Shown here in pieces: positions 27,128-56,577 of a stretch of 64,000 bases of DNA; positions within the stretch are counted from its first letter, which is position 1, and each line of letters starts with the position of its first letter. Below the pieces are notes generated by a model. That model did no database searches and was not told the origin of the DNA. It saw nothing but the letters and a program-made list of their open reading frames with translations. The position numbers were made by a program, and so were the translations under genes. Origin of the DNA: Macrostomum lignano (lineage: Eukaryota); contig NIVC01000690.1 of NCBI GenBank assembly GCA_002269645.1, forward strand, positions 1 to 64,000, given 5' to 3'.

Positions 27128-29779
27128 ATGTTTCGCAACCAGTACGACCATGACGTCATCATATTTAGTCCCCAGGGTCGAATCCATCAGATTGAGTACG
27201 CTATGGAAGCTGTGAAACAGGGCTCAGCCACTGTTGGAGTGAAAAATGGCACCCATGCCGCTCTGGTTGCGCTTAAGAGAGCGCCATCTGAGTTGTCTTC
27301 CTTTCAGAAGAAGATTATACCAGTGAGTTTTCTGCATATCTATGAAGACTAGGGATTTAATTTAATAGCTGTTATGTGAGTCGTATAGAGTTAGAAGCCA
27401 TGCCCTAGAAACTAGAGCTCGAATTTTTTTACTTTAAAATACTGACCCTCAGAAGCCTGACCCTCTAAAAGCCAGACCCTCAGAAGCCTGACCCTCAGAA
27501 GCCTGACCCTCTAAAAGCCAGACCCTCTAAAAGCCAGACCCTCAGAAGCCTGACCCTCTAAAAGCCAGACCCTCAGAAGCCTGACCCTCAGAAGCCTGAC
27601 CCTCAGAAGCCTGACCTAAAAGCCCGACCCTAAGAAACCTGACCTTTAAAAGCCTGAGCCTCAATAGCCTGACCTTTAATAGCCCGACTCTCAGAAGCCT
27701 GAACCTAAGAATCCTAACCCTTAAAAGCTTGAAACTAAAAATCCTGACCCCCAGAATCCTGACCTCCAGAGCCTGACCCTAAGAATGCTGACCTCCAGAG
27801 CCTGACCCTAAGAATGCTGACCCCCAGAGCTGACCATAAGAATCCTGACCCTCAGAGCCTGACCTAAGAATCCTGACCCCAATAAGCTTGATCTTCTGCA
27901 GTTGCAATTAAACATACAAAACATCCCAGAAACTAGTCATTATTATCCCGCTCTCCAAATTCAGATTGACAGTCACATTGGCGTATCGATCGCCGGACTG
28001 ACAGCCGACGGTCAAGTACTAAGCCGTTTCGCTCGAGACGAATGCTTCAATCATCGTTGGGCCTACGACAGCGCCCTGACTGTTAGCCGTTTAGTTGATA
28101 ATTTGGCTTCGAAATTGCAGGTACCAACTCAGGTGTACGGTAAGCGACCGTTCGGAGTTGGACTGCTGATTGCTGGCTTTGATATTGGCATTGGGCCGCG
28201 CGTCTTCTACCAGTGCCCGTCTGCTAACTATTACGATTGCAAATCTATCGCTATTGGGGCCAGATCGCAGTCTGCTAGAACTTATCTGGAGGGTAAACTG
28301 GACGAGATTGCTGCCACGAAAACGCCCGAGGAGCTGATCAAGTATGTGTGCTGCGATTTGTTTGACAATCTGCAAATGTTTTGCTGTTAGTTGTCTATCC
28401 TAGTTCTGTAGTAGATTTTGTCTGTCTACCTTAGCTCTGTAGTAGGTTTTGACTGTCTACCTTAGTTCTGTAGGAGGTTTTGTCTGTCTACCTTAGCTCT
28501 GTAGTAGGTTTTATCTGTCTACCTTAGTTCTGTAGGAGGTTTTGACTGTCTACCTTAGTTCTGTAGTAGGTTTTGTCTGTCTACCTTAGTTCTGTAGGAG
28601 GTTTTGACTGTCTATCCTAGTTCTGTAGTAGGTTTTGTCTGTCTACCTTAGTTCTGTAGTAGGTTTTGTCTGTCTACCTTAGTTCTGTAGTAGGTTTTAT
28701 CTGTCTACCTTAGTTCTGTAGGAGGTTTTGACTGTCTACCTTAGCTCTGTAGTAGGTTTTATCTGTCTACCTTAGTTCTGTAGGAGGTTTTGACTGTCTA
28801 CCTTAGTTCTGTAGTAGATTTTGTGTGGCTACCTTAGTTCTGTAGTAGGTTTTGTCAGGCTACCTTAGTTTTGTAGTAGGTTTTGTGTAACTACCTTAGT
28901 TCTGTAGTAGGTTTTGTGTGGCTACCTTAGTTCTGTAGTAGGTTTTGTCAGGCTACCTTACCTTAGTTCTGTAGTAGATTTTGTGTGGCTACCTTAGTTC
29001 TGTAGTAGGTTTTGTCAGGCTACCTTACCTTAGTTCTGTAGTAGATTTTGTGTGGCTACCTTAGTTCTGTAGTAGGTTTTGTCTATCTACCTTAGTTCTG
29101 TAGTAGGTTTTGTCTGTCTACCTTAGTTCTGTAGTAGGTTTTGACTGTCTACCTTAGTTCTGTAGTAGGTTTTGTCTGTCTACCTTAGTTCTGTAGTAGG
29201 TTTTGACTGTCTACCTTAGTTCTGTAGTAGGTTTTATCTGTCTACCTTAGTTCTGTAGTAGGTTTTGACTGTCTACCTTAGTTCTGTAGTAGGTTTTGAC
29301 TGTCTACCTTAGTTCTGTAGTAGGTTTTGTCTATCTACCTTAGTTCTGTAGTAGGTTTTGTCTATCTACCTTAGTTCTGCAGTAGGTTCTTTAGTGAGTA
29401 GAATGTTTCTATTTCTAGTATTTCTAGTAGTACTTTTTGTATTATTTCTAATACATCGTACAGGGCAATAAGTGTCTCAAATTAAAATCATGCTCCGTCT
29501 GCCCTCAGACACGGTCTAATTGCTCTGCGCAACACCCTGCCTAACGAGATGGAGCTCAGCGTCAAGAACTGCTCAGTAGCACTCGTTGGCTCCGATATAG
29601 ATTTCACCGTCTACGAAGACTCAGCTGTTGAGCCATATTTGGCTTTGATTCGCGAGGAGCCGTCGGCGGGCGCCGCCGACGATGGTCAACCGTCGACACA
29701 GTCGACTTCGGGCGATGGTGCCGCCGGCCCTGGCAGCAGCGGAGCCGCCGAAGGCGAGGTTCGGATGGAGGAGGCGTAA
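27128..29779 (+). CDS. PSMA1: 20S proteasome subunit alpha type-1 (alpha 6)
   Basis: Exons 27128-27322, 27965-28341 and 29509-29779 with consistent phases. Motifs [60 protein letters not shown] and [11 protein letters not shown]; acidic C-terminal tail. Confidence 0.95.
27445..27885. repeat. 15-bp minisatellite, PSMA1 intron 1
   Basis: CCTGACCCTCAGAAG and variants. Confidence 0.9.
28392..29388. repeat. 31-32-bp minisatellite, PSMA1 intron 2
   Basis: CTACCTTAGTTCTGTAGTAGGTTTTGTCTGT repeated about 31 times. Confidence 0.95.
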
Positions 29780-29883
29780 TTAATGAAACTTGAAAAAACT
29801 ATTCTTTGATGTTGCTATAATTAAATACCTATCTGTTTATGTTCTTGCTGTCTATCTACTCTGGGATGCAATTTAAAATATTA

Positions 29884-30225
29884 TACGCTACATTTCGGTA
29901 GTTTAACTAAAAGTTTTCAAATTTAATTTTCAGTTATTTAATTATACGCTACATATCGGTAGCCTAGACATTGTCCACTTCCAGGGTAGGTTCCTATATT
30001 GTCCTGGTTTTAATTCCAACTTTTGTTTAATACACTACAAATCGGTAGCTAGACATTGTCCACTTCAAGGGGAGGTTCCTATATCGTCCTGGTTTTAATT
30101 CCAACTTTTGTTTGATACGCTACATATCGGCAGGTAGACATTCTTCACTGTTAAGGCAATTCATATTTAATCCCCAGGCTTAAACCTAAAAAAGTAATTT
30201 AATACTCTACGTATCGGTAGTATGA
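29884..30225. repeat. ~86-bp direct repeat (2 full plus partial copies)
   Basis: TACGCTACATATCGGTAG-like starts at 29884, 29945, 30031, 30116 and about 30204. Confidence 0.8.
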
Positions 30226-30968
30226 TATTGTCCACTCGATAAACCCAGTGAATGTATATCTAGGTATCGAATACTACTAATAATTAATGTGTAAAACGTG
30301 TTCGTTACATAAATTTCGAACTTGTTTAGCTTGCTTTGTAAGCCTAGAATGAAACGAATGTTTTACTTAATTATTGCTTAAATTGGCGCCTAATTTATTT
30401 TGTCTCTTAATAAAAGAGAACTATACTACTAGCCGGTTGAATATACTACTTATTCATATACTACTCAAATAAGCTCGAGAAGCATTTCTATTATTATTAT
30501 TATTATTTCTAATAAAGGAACGTAATTAGCATACCTTCTGCAGGCTAAAATGAAAGGTCTTTAGTTTCTTTGTCTCCGTCACTTGTTAATTTTTACTTAC
30601 TAAATATTACTAAATTTATAAGGTAATGTATTTTGATATGCTCTATCCTGAACTGCAACCACCAAGTTGGCTGTTTCTGCTGTTTAGAAGCGTTTTCTTT
30701 TCTTCAAACAAATAAATATAAGCGAAGTCTACGAAAAGTTAAGAATACAAGCTTAGAGAGAAGTTGTTTGACTTGATACTTTAATCATATCATTCCAAAG
30801 AAATTTGTAGAAGCTAGAAATTAGGCTGCTAAACTGAAGTTTCTGAGATATGAAGTATGAAGCACCCTAAAAGATTTAAAGTTAATCCCTCGGGTTCTTG
30901 TTGAGCAATTAGTCAAATTATTAATGCATTGTGCATAACCTTCGCCTCATGCTATTTCATCATTCTAG

Positions 30969-43356
<12,388 letters not shown>

Positions 43357-43512
43357 CCTGCACTGCCTTCCGTGTGCTGCGCTCCCGACTTCGCGCTTTA
43401 ATATTTTCAGTGAAGTTTTTCTACTTTAAGTAGCATGATACTGGTAGGCTTGAAAAGTTTTTCTAAACTTGTAATCTGTCTAAATGTCCGTCTGTCTTAG
43501 TGTCTGTCTTAG

Positions 43513-43591
<79 letters not shown>

Positions 43592-43618
43592 GTCTGTCTG
43601 TCTGTGTCTGTCTGTCTG

Positions 43619-43649
<31 letters not shown>

Positions 43650-44268
43650 ATGTCTTTTCGGCCTTACCTTTTTATCATTAGTTAAATTGAATATTTAAAA
43701 TCGAAAGTTGCAATCATTGAAACAATACCCAAATTAGCAATTATTCGAAATTCCATCATTGATAATTTTTTTGGAATTTCTACCAGTAAAGAAGTAAATT
43801 AATCGATTAGGTACATGCATTCGGAATAATTTTATTAAAATAATAATTCCTCTGCTTAACACAATTTTTGTCGGAATTTCAGTGCATACTATTTATCGTT
43901 TGATTGTTCAGTAGAGTAATGAGAGCTATTCTCGCCACATTTAGCTTGACCGGTGTATCTGTTTAACATTTTTTTGCTGCTGTATCAACAGTTGAGGACT
44001 TTGAAACAGTCTTGCATGGATTTGATCTCGACTATCAGTTTTTGCTCCACACTGCTTTTTACGGTGAAATTGTCAGCCTTTATCATAATATATGTTACTG
44101 TTATTAGTTTACTGATTTTTTCTGATGGTTTCTTTGAAAGTTCGGATGGTGGATTAGGACGATTTTGCTTTGTGGTTTAGGTGCGATTTTGGATCAGGTA
44201 AGAACCGATTCGACATATTTTATTATTCCCACACTATTGCTACAATTCAACTTCTCTAAAATGCGCAG

Positions 44269-44562
44269 GGCGCCCACGCGCATCGCGACGTGCTAGCCAG
44301 CGGCGTTCGCGTCACCGGCTGCACCGCTCATTTCGTTGTGCCCGAAGTCGACGCCGGGCCCATCGTACTGCAAGCCCCGGCTCCTGTGCTGCCTGGCGAC
44401 TCTGAGGAGACCCTGCAGGACCGAGTCAAGCTGCTCGAGCACCGGCTGTTCCCTGCCGCTGTGGCAGCAGTTGCCAGGGGAGACTGCCGGTTTGTTGCTG
44501 GGCCGCCAGCCGATAAATGCGTGTGGTCATGTGAGCCGCCTTCCATGGCCGAGTTCATGTAG
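44269..44562 (+). CDS. GART: Duplicate of the GART terminal exon (alternative last exon, silent copy or assembly artefact)
   Basis: Intact acceptor TGCGCAG|GGCGCC and the same 97-codon sequence and stop as 43063-43356. Confidence 0.7.
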   Translation, partial: GAHAHRDVLASGVRVTGCTAHFVVPEVDAGPIVLQAPAPVLPGDSEETLQDRVKLLEHRLFPAAVAAVARGDCRFVAGPPADKCVWSCEPPSMAEFM

Positions 44563-44718
44563 CCTGCACTGCCTTCCGTGTGCTGCGCTCCCGACTTCGC
44601 GCTTTAATATTTTCAGTGAAGTTTTTCTACTTTAAGTAGCATGATACTGGTAGGCTTGAAAAGTTTTTCTAAACTTGTAATCTGTCTAAATGTCCGTCTG
44701 TCTTAGTGTCTGTCTTAG

Positions 44719-44777
<59 letters not shown>

Positions 44778-44790
44778 GTCTGTCTGTCTG

Positions 44791-44853
<63 letters not shown>

Positions 44854-44866
44854 GTCTGTCTGTCTG

Positions 44867-44915
<49 letters not shown>

Positions 44916-44918
44916 TAG

Positions 44919-44969
<51 letters not shown>

Positions 44970-45609
44970 ATGTCTTTTCGGCCTTACCTTTTTATCATTA
45001 GTTAAATTGAATATTTAAAATCGAAAGTTGCAATCATTGAAACAATACCCAAATTAGCAATTATTCGAAATTCCATCATTGATAATTTTTTTGGAATTTC
45101 TACCAGTAAAGAAGTAAATTAATCGATTAGGTACATGCATTCGGAATAATTTTATTAAAATAATAATTCCTCTGCTTAACACAATTTTTGTCGGAATTTC
45201 AGTGCATACTATTTATCGTTTGATTGTTCAGTAGAGTAATGAGAGCTATTCTCGCCACATTTAGCTTGACCGGTGTATCTGTTTAACATTTTTTTGCTGC
45301 TGTATCAACAGTTGAGGACTTTGAAACAGTCTTGCATGGATTTGATCTCGACTATCAGTTTTTGCTCCACACTGCTTTTTACGGTGAAATTGTCAGCCTT
45401 TATCATAATATATGTTACTGTTATTAGTTTACTGATTTTTTCTGATGGTTTCTTTGAAAGTTAGTAAATTAATATAACTAATTTACTAACTTTCTTGCGC
45501 ATCTGATTCAGCAACAGTAGTAAAAAACTAACACTTGGAATGAAAACTTAGGTAGCCATTTTGCATTAGCTTTGATTGCAAAAAGTCTTAATTTTCTGAT
45601 AAAATTTGC

Positions 45610-47070
45610 GCTCCCACCCAGAGAGTCACTCATGCGCTCCCACCCAGAGAGTCACTCATGCGCTCCCACCCAGAGAGTCACTCATGCGCTCCCACCCAGA
45701 GAGTCACTCATGCGCTCCCACCCAGAGAGTCACTCATGCGCTCCCACCCAGAGAGTCACTGATGCGCTCCCACCCAGAGAGTCACTCATGCGCTCCCACC
45801 CAGAGAGTCACTCATGCGCTCCCACCCAGAGAGTCACTCATCCGCCCCCCCCTCAGAGGGTCACTCACCCCCCCGTCAGAGAGTCACTCACCCCCCCTCA
45901 GAGGGTCACTCACCCCCCGTCAGAGAGTCACTCATTCGCTCCCACCCAGAGAGTCACTCATTCGCTCCCACCCAGAGAGTCACTCATGCGCTCCCACCCA
46001 GAGAGTCACTCATCCGCCCCCCCCCCTCAGAGGGTCACTCACCCCCCCCCCCCTCAGAGGGTCACTCACCCCCCGTCAGAGAGTCACTCATGCGCTCCCA
46101 CCCAGAGAGTCACTCATGCGCTCCCACCCAGAGAGTCACTCATCCGCCCCCCCCCTCAGAGGGTCACTCACCCCCCCCCGTCAGAGAGTCACTCATCCCC
46201 CCTGTCAGAGAGTCACTCATCCCCCCGTCAGAGAGTCACTCATCCCCCTCGTCAGAGAGTCACTTATCCCCCCTTTAGAGAGTCACTCATCCCCCGTCAG
46301 AGAGTCACTCATCCCCCGTCAGAGAGTCACTTATCCCCCCTTCAGAGTCACTCATCCCCCCGTCAGAGAGTCACTTATCCCCCCTTCAGAGAGTCACTTA
46401 TCCGACCCCACTCACAGAGTCACTTATCCCCCCTTCAGAGAGTCACTTATCCGCCCCCACTCAGAGAGTCACTCATCCCCCCGTTAGATTCACTCATCCC
46501 CCCGTCAGAGTCACTCATCCCCCCTCAGAGTCACTCATCCCCCCGTCAGAGAGTCACTTATCTCCCCGTCAGAGAGTCACTTATCCCCCCTTCAGAGAGT
46601 CACTCATCCCCCCGTCAGAGAGTCACTCACCCCCCCCCGTCAGGGTCACTCATCCCCCCCTTCAGACAGTCACTCATCCCCCCTTCAGAGAGTCACTCAT
46701 CCGCCCCCAATCAGAGAGTCACCCATCCGCCCCCAATCAGAGAGTCACTCATCCGCCCCCAATCAGAGAGTCACTCATCCGCCCCCAATCAGAGAGTCAC
46801 TCATCCGCCCCAATCAGAGAGTCACTCATCCGCCCCCCAATCAGAGAGTCACTCATCCGCCCCCACTCAGAGAGTCAGTCACTCATCCCCCCGTCAGAGA
46901 GTCACTCATCCCCCCCGTCAGAGAGTCACTCATCCCCCACTCAGAGAGTCACTCATCCCCCGTCAGAGTCACTCATCCCCCCGTCAGAGTCACTCATCCC
47001 CCCGTCAGAGTCACTCATCCCCCCGTCAGAGAGTCACTTATCCCCCCGTCAGAGACTCACTCATCTCCCC
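45610..47070. repeat. ~20-26-bp minisatellite with core AGAGAGTCACTCAT
   Basis: CCCACCCAGAGAGTCACTCATGCGCT grading into C-run variants. Confidence 0.93.
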
Positions 47071-47210
47071 TTAGCACTTCTGCTTTTCTCTCGTAGCTAG
47101 AGAAAATTTCCTAACCATTGACAGTGAGGCAAATAATGTAGCCGTCAATTCAATCCACTATTTATTGTTTGCATGCTAGCAAACAATCGAAACTCAATCC
47201 AAGCCGAGCA

Positions 47211-47612
47211 ATGCCCGCCCCAGACAAAGAAGAACAGAAGCGTCAAAAAGCCGAATTAGAGGCTCGCTATCGAGCTAAACAAGAGTTGATAACTGGCGGT
47301 GCAAAGTCTAAACAGCCGCAGGCGTTCCTGCCTCCGCCTGACGCTCTGTCGCGTGATTTAGCTAGCGGCGTTGGCGACACAAGCCAAGAGCGGCCTACTG
47401 GCATCAATCATATTGTGCACAAAATGAAAGAGAATCCTTTAGTGCCGGGCGGTATGCTTCTAACCGTATTCGCTTTGGGCAACGGGTTGCGTTACATGAT
47501 TAAAAGGAATAGCCAAGCTCAGCAGACTATGATGCGATTGCGTGTGTTTGGTCAAGGCTTCACCATGGTGGCTTTGGTTGCTGGCACTGTGTTGCTGGCA
47601 TCTAAGAAGTGA
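47211..47612 (+). CDS. HIGD2A: HIG1 domain protein (HIGD2A/Rcf1-like), single exon, 133 aa
   Basis: KENPLVPGGMLLTVFAL...QQTMMRLRVFGQGFT: two hydrophobic segments and the Q-x3-R-x-R-x3-Q motif of type-1 HIG1 proteins. Confidence 0.85.
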   Translation: MPAPDKEEQKRQKAELEARYRAKQELITGGAKSKQPQAFLPPPDALSRDLASGVGDTSQERPTGINHIVHKMKENPLVPGGMLLTVFALGNGLRYMIKRNSQAQQTMMRLRVFGQGFTMVALVAGTVLLASKK

Positions 47613-47794
47613 TTCAGTAGTGATGTTGTAGCAATTGTTTTTTATAGTCTGTTTTCTGTGTGTGTGTGCGCGTCTTTCTACTCTGATTGTATTATCTGAA
47701 TTTGGAGTTGGACACATTTTGGCGGCGTTTCATAGGGTCGCTTGTATTGAATTAGCTTGAGACTTCATAAGCTCCAAGTATCACAAGCTAGAAA

Positions 47795-48295
47795 TATCTC
47801 TCTCACACCCCCTATCTCCCTCTCACCCCTATCTCCCTCTCCCCCTATCTCCCTCTCACCCCTATATCCCTCTCACCCATATCTCACTCCTCTCACTCCT
47901 ATCTCCCTCTCACCCCCTATCTCCCTCTCACCCCTTATCTCCCTCTCACCCCCTATCTCCCTCTCACCCCTATCTTCCTCTCACCCCTATCTCCCTCTTC
48001 TCACTCCTAGCTCCCTCTCACCCCTATCTTCTCCCTCTTCTCACTACTAGCTCCCTCTCACCCCTATCCCCCTCTCACCCCTATCTTCTCCCTCTCACCC
48101 CTATCTCCCTCTCACCCATATCTCACTCCTCTCACTCCTATCTCCCTCTCACCCCCTATCTCCCTCTTCTCACTCCTAGCTCCCTCTCACCCCTATCTTC
48201 TCCCTCTTCTCACTACTAGCTGCCTCTCACGCCCATCTTCCTCTCACCCTAGCTCCCTCTCATCCCTGTCTCCCTCTCACCCCTACGTCCCTCCC
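47795..48295. repeat. CT-rich minisatellite
   Basis: CCCTATCTCCCTCTCACC-type units. Confidence 0.88.
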
Positions 48296-49490
48296 GCCCA
48301 TACCTCCCTAACCCACAGAAGTTGCACAAGTCTGCAGACTCCGTGTTTAGAAATTACCTAAAATTCAAGATTGTTAAAAGTCCTAAAATCCCAAGAATCC
48401 CTTTTAATTATAAATTTAAAAATGCAACCTAAATGAAATGGTATAAGCAAGCAGTATTTGGAATGACAAATTCTGTGTCCAGAGTGTTGGAGTGGTAGAC
48501 AGATTAATTTAGTATCCATGTAAAAAAGTGCATTAGCAACTTTATAACAAAATAAGTTCTAGAAAACAATATTCTACTGTAAATAAATAAATTAAATAGT
48601 TGCGACCAGATTACCTACTGTAAGTAGTTTTAAGTTTTAGTTTTTTGAGAAAAAATACAAAAATAACCATCTGCCGGTGAAGAACTGTTTGAATTAATTA
48701 AATTTGCTGCCAGCTTATACTGGTGCCTATTTTTCTTTTGTTATAGTATTATTGTTGCTATTTCTTAGAAATCAGTGTAAAGGCAGGTTTAACGTTAAGC
48801 TTTATTTGCTAATTAATAATTACTAGGCATATTGTGTTATGCTCAGCAACCACCACTAGCAGTCTAAAAATATCTGCTAAATAAATTATTAATAATCAAT
48901 ATACTATAACTCTATGCTTTTTATTGCTTAAACTCTAGTGCAAACAAGCCGAAACTGTAGCAAAAGAAATAGTTTGCTCAGCCTCCCACTATTTGCTTCT
49001 TCTTCTTCTTCTTCTTCTGTAATTCCAAGATGATGATGAAGCTGCTGTCTGGTGCGATGCTTAGCCTTATTTGCTTGGCATAACAGTTCCTGGAAAAATC
49101 GATTGAACATTTTATAGGAAACAAGTGTAGGCTCTGGTTGAAGTCCGTTTGCCTCTATTTGACACTCTAATGAGACAAATCGATATTAAAAGTACATGAG
49201 CTGAGTAGCTTTGGGATTTCTTACAGTTTTCCGATTCTTAATTAGTCTAAAATTTCAAAAAAAGAATTAAAAATGAACAGAAATTGAATCTGTATAAATT
49301 TTGGTACATCTCATTAGTGAGGTGATTATTTCATAAGGGAATGTATTGTTGTTAGACTTGATGCTAGACTTGCTAGATGTCTACATTAAAAAGTACTTCC
49401 TGCGTATTCAACTAGATTTAATAATCTAACTATCTAATATTTAATTTCGTGTCACGCGTAAGCCAGTTTTATTATCGCTCATGCACCCCG

Positions 49491-50290
49491 TCATAAACAT
49501 CCATCATAAGCACACCCCTGAGAATCGGTCATAAACCCACCCTGAGAATCGGTCATAAACCCACCCTGAGAATCGGTCATAAACCCACCCTGAGAATGGG
49601 TCATAAACCAAACCTGAGAATCGGTCATAAACCCACCCTGAGAATCGGTCATAAACCCACCCTAAGAATCGGTCATAAACCCACCCTAAGAATCGGTCAT
49701 AAACCCACCCTAAGAATCGTTCATACACCTACCCTAAGAATCGGTCATACACCTACCCTAAGAATCGGTCATACACCTACCCTAAGAATCGGTCATAAAC
49801 CCACCCTGAGAATCGGTCATAAACCCACCCTTGGAATCGGTCGTAAACCCACCCTGAGAATTGGTCATTCACCCAACCTGAGAATCGGTCATTCAACCAA
49901 CCTGAGAATCGGTCATACAACCAACCTGAGAATTGGTCATGCACATAACCTGAGAATCGGTCGTAAACCCACCCTGAGAATTGGTCGTTCACCCAACCTG
50001 AGAATCGGTCATAAACCCAACCTGAGAATCGGTCATTCAACCAACCTGAGAATCGGTCATACAACCAACCTGAGAATTGGTCATGCACATAACCTGAGAA
50101 TCGGTCACACACCCAACCTGAGAATCGGTCATAAAGCCACCCTGAGCATCGGTCATAAACCCTAACTGAGAATCGGTCATAAACCCAACCCGAGAATCGG
50201 TCATACACCCACCCTAAGAATCGGTCATACACCCACCCTAAGAATCGGTGTATGATTATAATCATATACCTACCCTAAGAATCGGTCATA
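49491..50290. repeat. 24-bp minisatellite directly upstream of the Rab gene
   Basis: CTGAGAATCGGTCATAAACCCACC repeated about 32 times. Confidence 0.95.
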
Positions 50291-50322
50291 TCAGTATCAT
50301 TATCAATTCCAGCACAGGGCAG

Positions 50323-52800
<2,478 letters not shown>

Positions 52801-52917
52801 GTACACAGCAATTTCTGTTTGCAACGCTCTTTGATTCTACTGGGGTGTCATTCGTTGGGATTTAGTTCTGCTTGGTTGCTTCCAAAAATTTTATCTTCCC
52901 GCTGAATATCATTTTCT

Positions 52918-53345
52918 GTTCATAATTATCTACTTTTCTGTCTCCCTGTCTGCCTTTTTTGATGTCCATTCATAATTATCTACTTTTCTGTCTACCTGTC
53001 TGCCTTTTTGATTTCCATTCATAATTATCTACTTTTCTGTCTACCTGTCTGCCTTTTTGATTTCCATTCATAATTATCTACTTTTCTGTCTACCTGTCTG
53101 CCTTTTTGATGTCCATTCATATTTTTCTACTTTTCTGTCTACCTGTCTGCCTTTTTGATTTCCATCCATAATTATCTACTTTTCTGTCTACCTGTCTGCC
53201 TCTTTGATGTCCATTCATAATTATCTACTTTTCTGTCTACCTGTCTGCTTTTTTGATGTCCATTCATAATTCTCTACCTTTCTGTCTACCTGTCTGCTTC
53301 GTGTTCTCTATTGATAATTACGAGTAACTACCTTTTGTCTACCTG
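52918..53345. repeat. 49-bp tandem repeat, probably in the Rab 3' UTR
   Basis: CATAATTATCTACTTTTCTGTCTACCTGTCTGCCTTTTTGATTTCCATT at 52921, 52971, 53020, 53069 and onward; first AATAAA at about 53377. Confidence 0.9.
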
Positions 53346-53750
53346 TGTAGAAATTATAGTTATTGTTTTTGTGCCAATAAAATATTAAATATGAATTCTT
53401 GCAGTAGTTCAATTTAGTATTATGTCAGCTCATGTCAGCTTATATCAGATGTAATTATTAATTATTTTTTTATTACAGATAAATGTACACAAAAGTTTTG
53501 TGCTGTCATTTTTTGCTTTTAACGTGCAGAAAAATACTTTTTATTTGTAATGCATTCTCTGTATTGTTTTCCTCTGTGTATGCAAGTTGCGGTTATAATG
53601 CGTATTATTTTTATATGCTAATATTCTGTATCTTATTGAGATTTATTGTGTAATTTAATCAGACAGCTTGTTATAAATAAAAATATTGCAATATATTGCT
53701 AATGTAAAATAGCACCTTCAAATGAAAAAAGGTGGTAGAAAGGTTAGAAG

Positions 53751-53765
53751 CTACTACTACCAGGG

Positions 53766-53819
<54 letters not shown>

Positions 53820-53856
53820 AACTACTACTGCTACTACTACTACTACTACTACTACA

Positions 53857-53914
<58 letters not shown>

Positions 53915-53916
53915 AC

Positions 53917-53967
<51 letters not shown>

Positions 53968-53968
53968 G

Positions 53969-54015
<47 letters not shown>

Positions 54016-54016
54016 G

Positions 54017-54054
<38 letters not shown>

Positions 54055-54059
54055 GCTAC

Positions 54060-54119
<60 letters not shown>

Positions 54120-54124
54120 AACTA
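53751..54124. repeat. (CTA)n trinucleotide microsatellite
   Basis: Direct reading. Confidence 0.98.
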
Positions 54125-55077
54125 ATCCCTAGATTTAAACCCTCTATTAAAATATTCCACCCTCCCCCCCAAAATATTAAAAATTGTTAATGTTGGTGCA
54201 TTCGTTTGTCTTCATCTCTCGCTGATTTTGCGAGCCAACAAGTTTTTAAAATCTGACCCTCAGTTGCCTGTCTAGTGTTATTGTTTCCCAATACTATAAA
54301 ACAATTAATTCCTCAATTTTTTGGGAGCTTTAGATGATATTTTCGCTGTTAACCTGCTGCTACCAGCTTAGAATTCAATAAAAGTTTATAACAAGATCAG
54401 AGAATGTCTGGCTTCCATTGCTGTGGCTCTGATGCCTAATTTGTCATTATCTCTGTTGGTTTTTTCTGCTTCTGCAAATGCCACTTATTCTGGTGCTACC
54501 CGATTTGGGTTAAGTGTGCGTGTGCAGGTAAAACTGTGGTGTAAACTATTTTTGCCTTCATGATACTACTTTTATAAGTAGGTGACAATCGAGTTTTCTC
54601 TAATTTTTTATGAAGTCCTTAAATTTTTATGACAATTTGCTTTTCTTCTACTATAAGTAATTTTTCACAAATTGGTGCTTAATGCGCGTGAGAAAAAAGT
54701 GACTGCGCAGTCGGTTGCGCCTTGCAGAGAGCACGATTAAAATTCTATTTGTTTGTTTCTGCTTATTTAATGGTTTCTAAAGTTTTTTCGATGCATATCT
54801 TCAAATTAAATTTAAAGAAATTTTGACCAGTAATCATTACTCCTGACAAAAATCGTAATGGCTTTAATTTTTACTATTGTTTCTCAATGCGGTTGGCAAT
54901 ATAAATAAAATAAAACAGATTATGTTTGGCCTCTCTAATTTGGCAAATTTGAGTTGCTTTTGTTTATTATTTGATGCTTTTGTTGTGTACTAGCATTGGT
55001 TTTAGAATATGGAAATCTGTGTATGCATCTATCGATTCTGTGCAGTCTGGGTTATTATTGAGAGCTGTTCTCTGTTC

Positions 55078-56577
<1,500 letters not shown>

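Noticed and set aside
45572-47074. 500-aa Pro/Ser/His-rich ORF and an AP-1 site array
   Set aside because: All three frames are open over parts of a minisatellite, the ORF starts at TTG, and the core is TGACTCT, not the TGACTCA consensus.
48928-49110. 60-aa minus ORF with poly-His/Glu
   Set aside because: It is short, driven by (GAA)n and (CAT)n runs, and has no homology or splice context.
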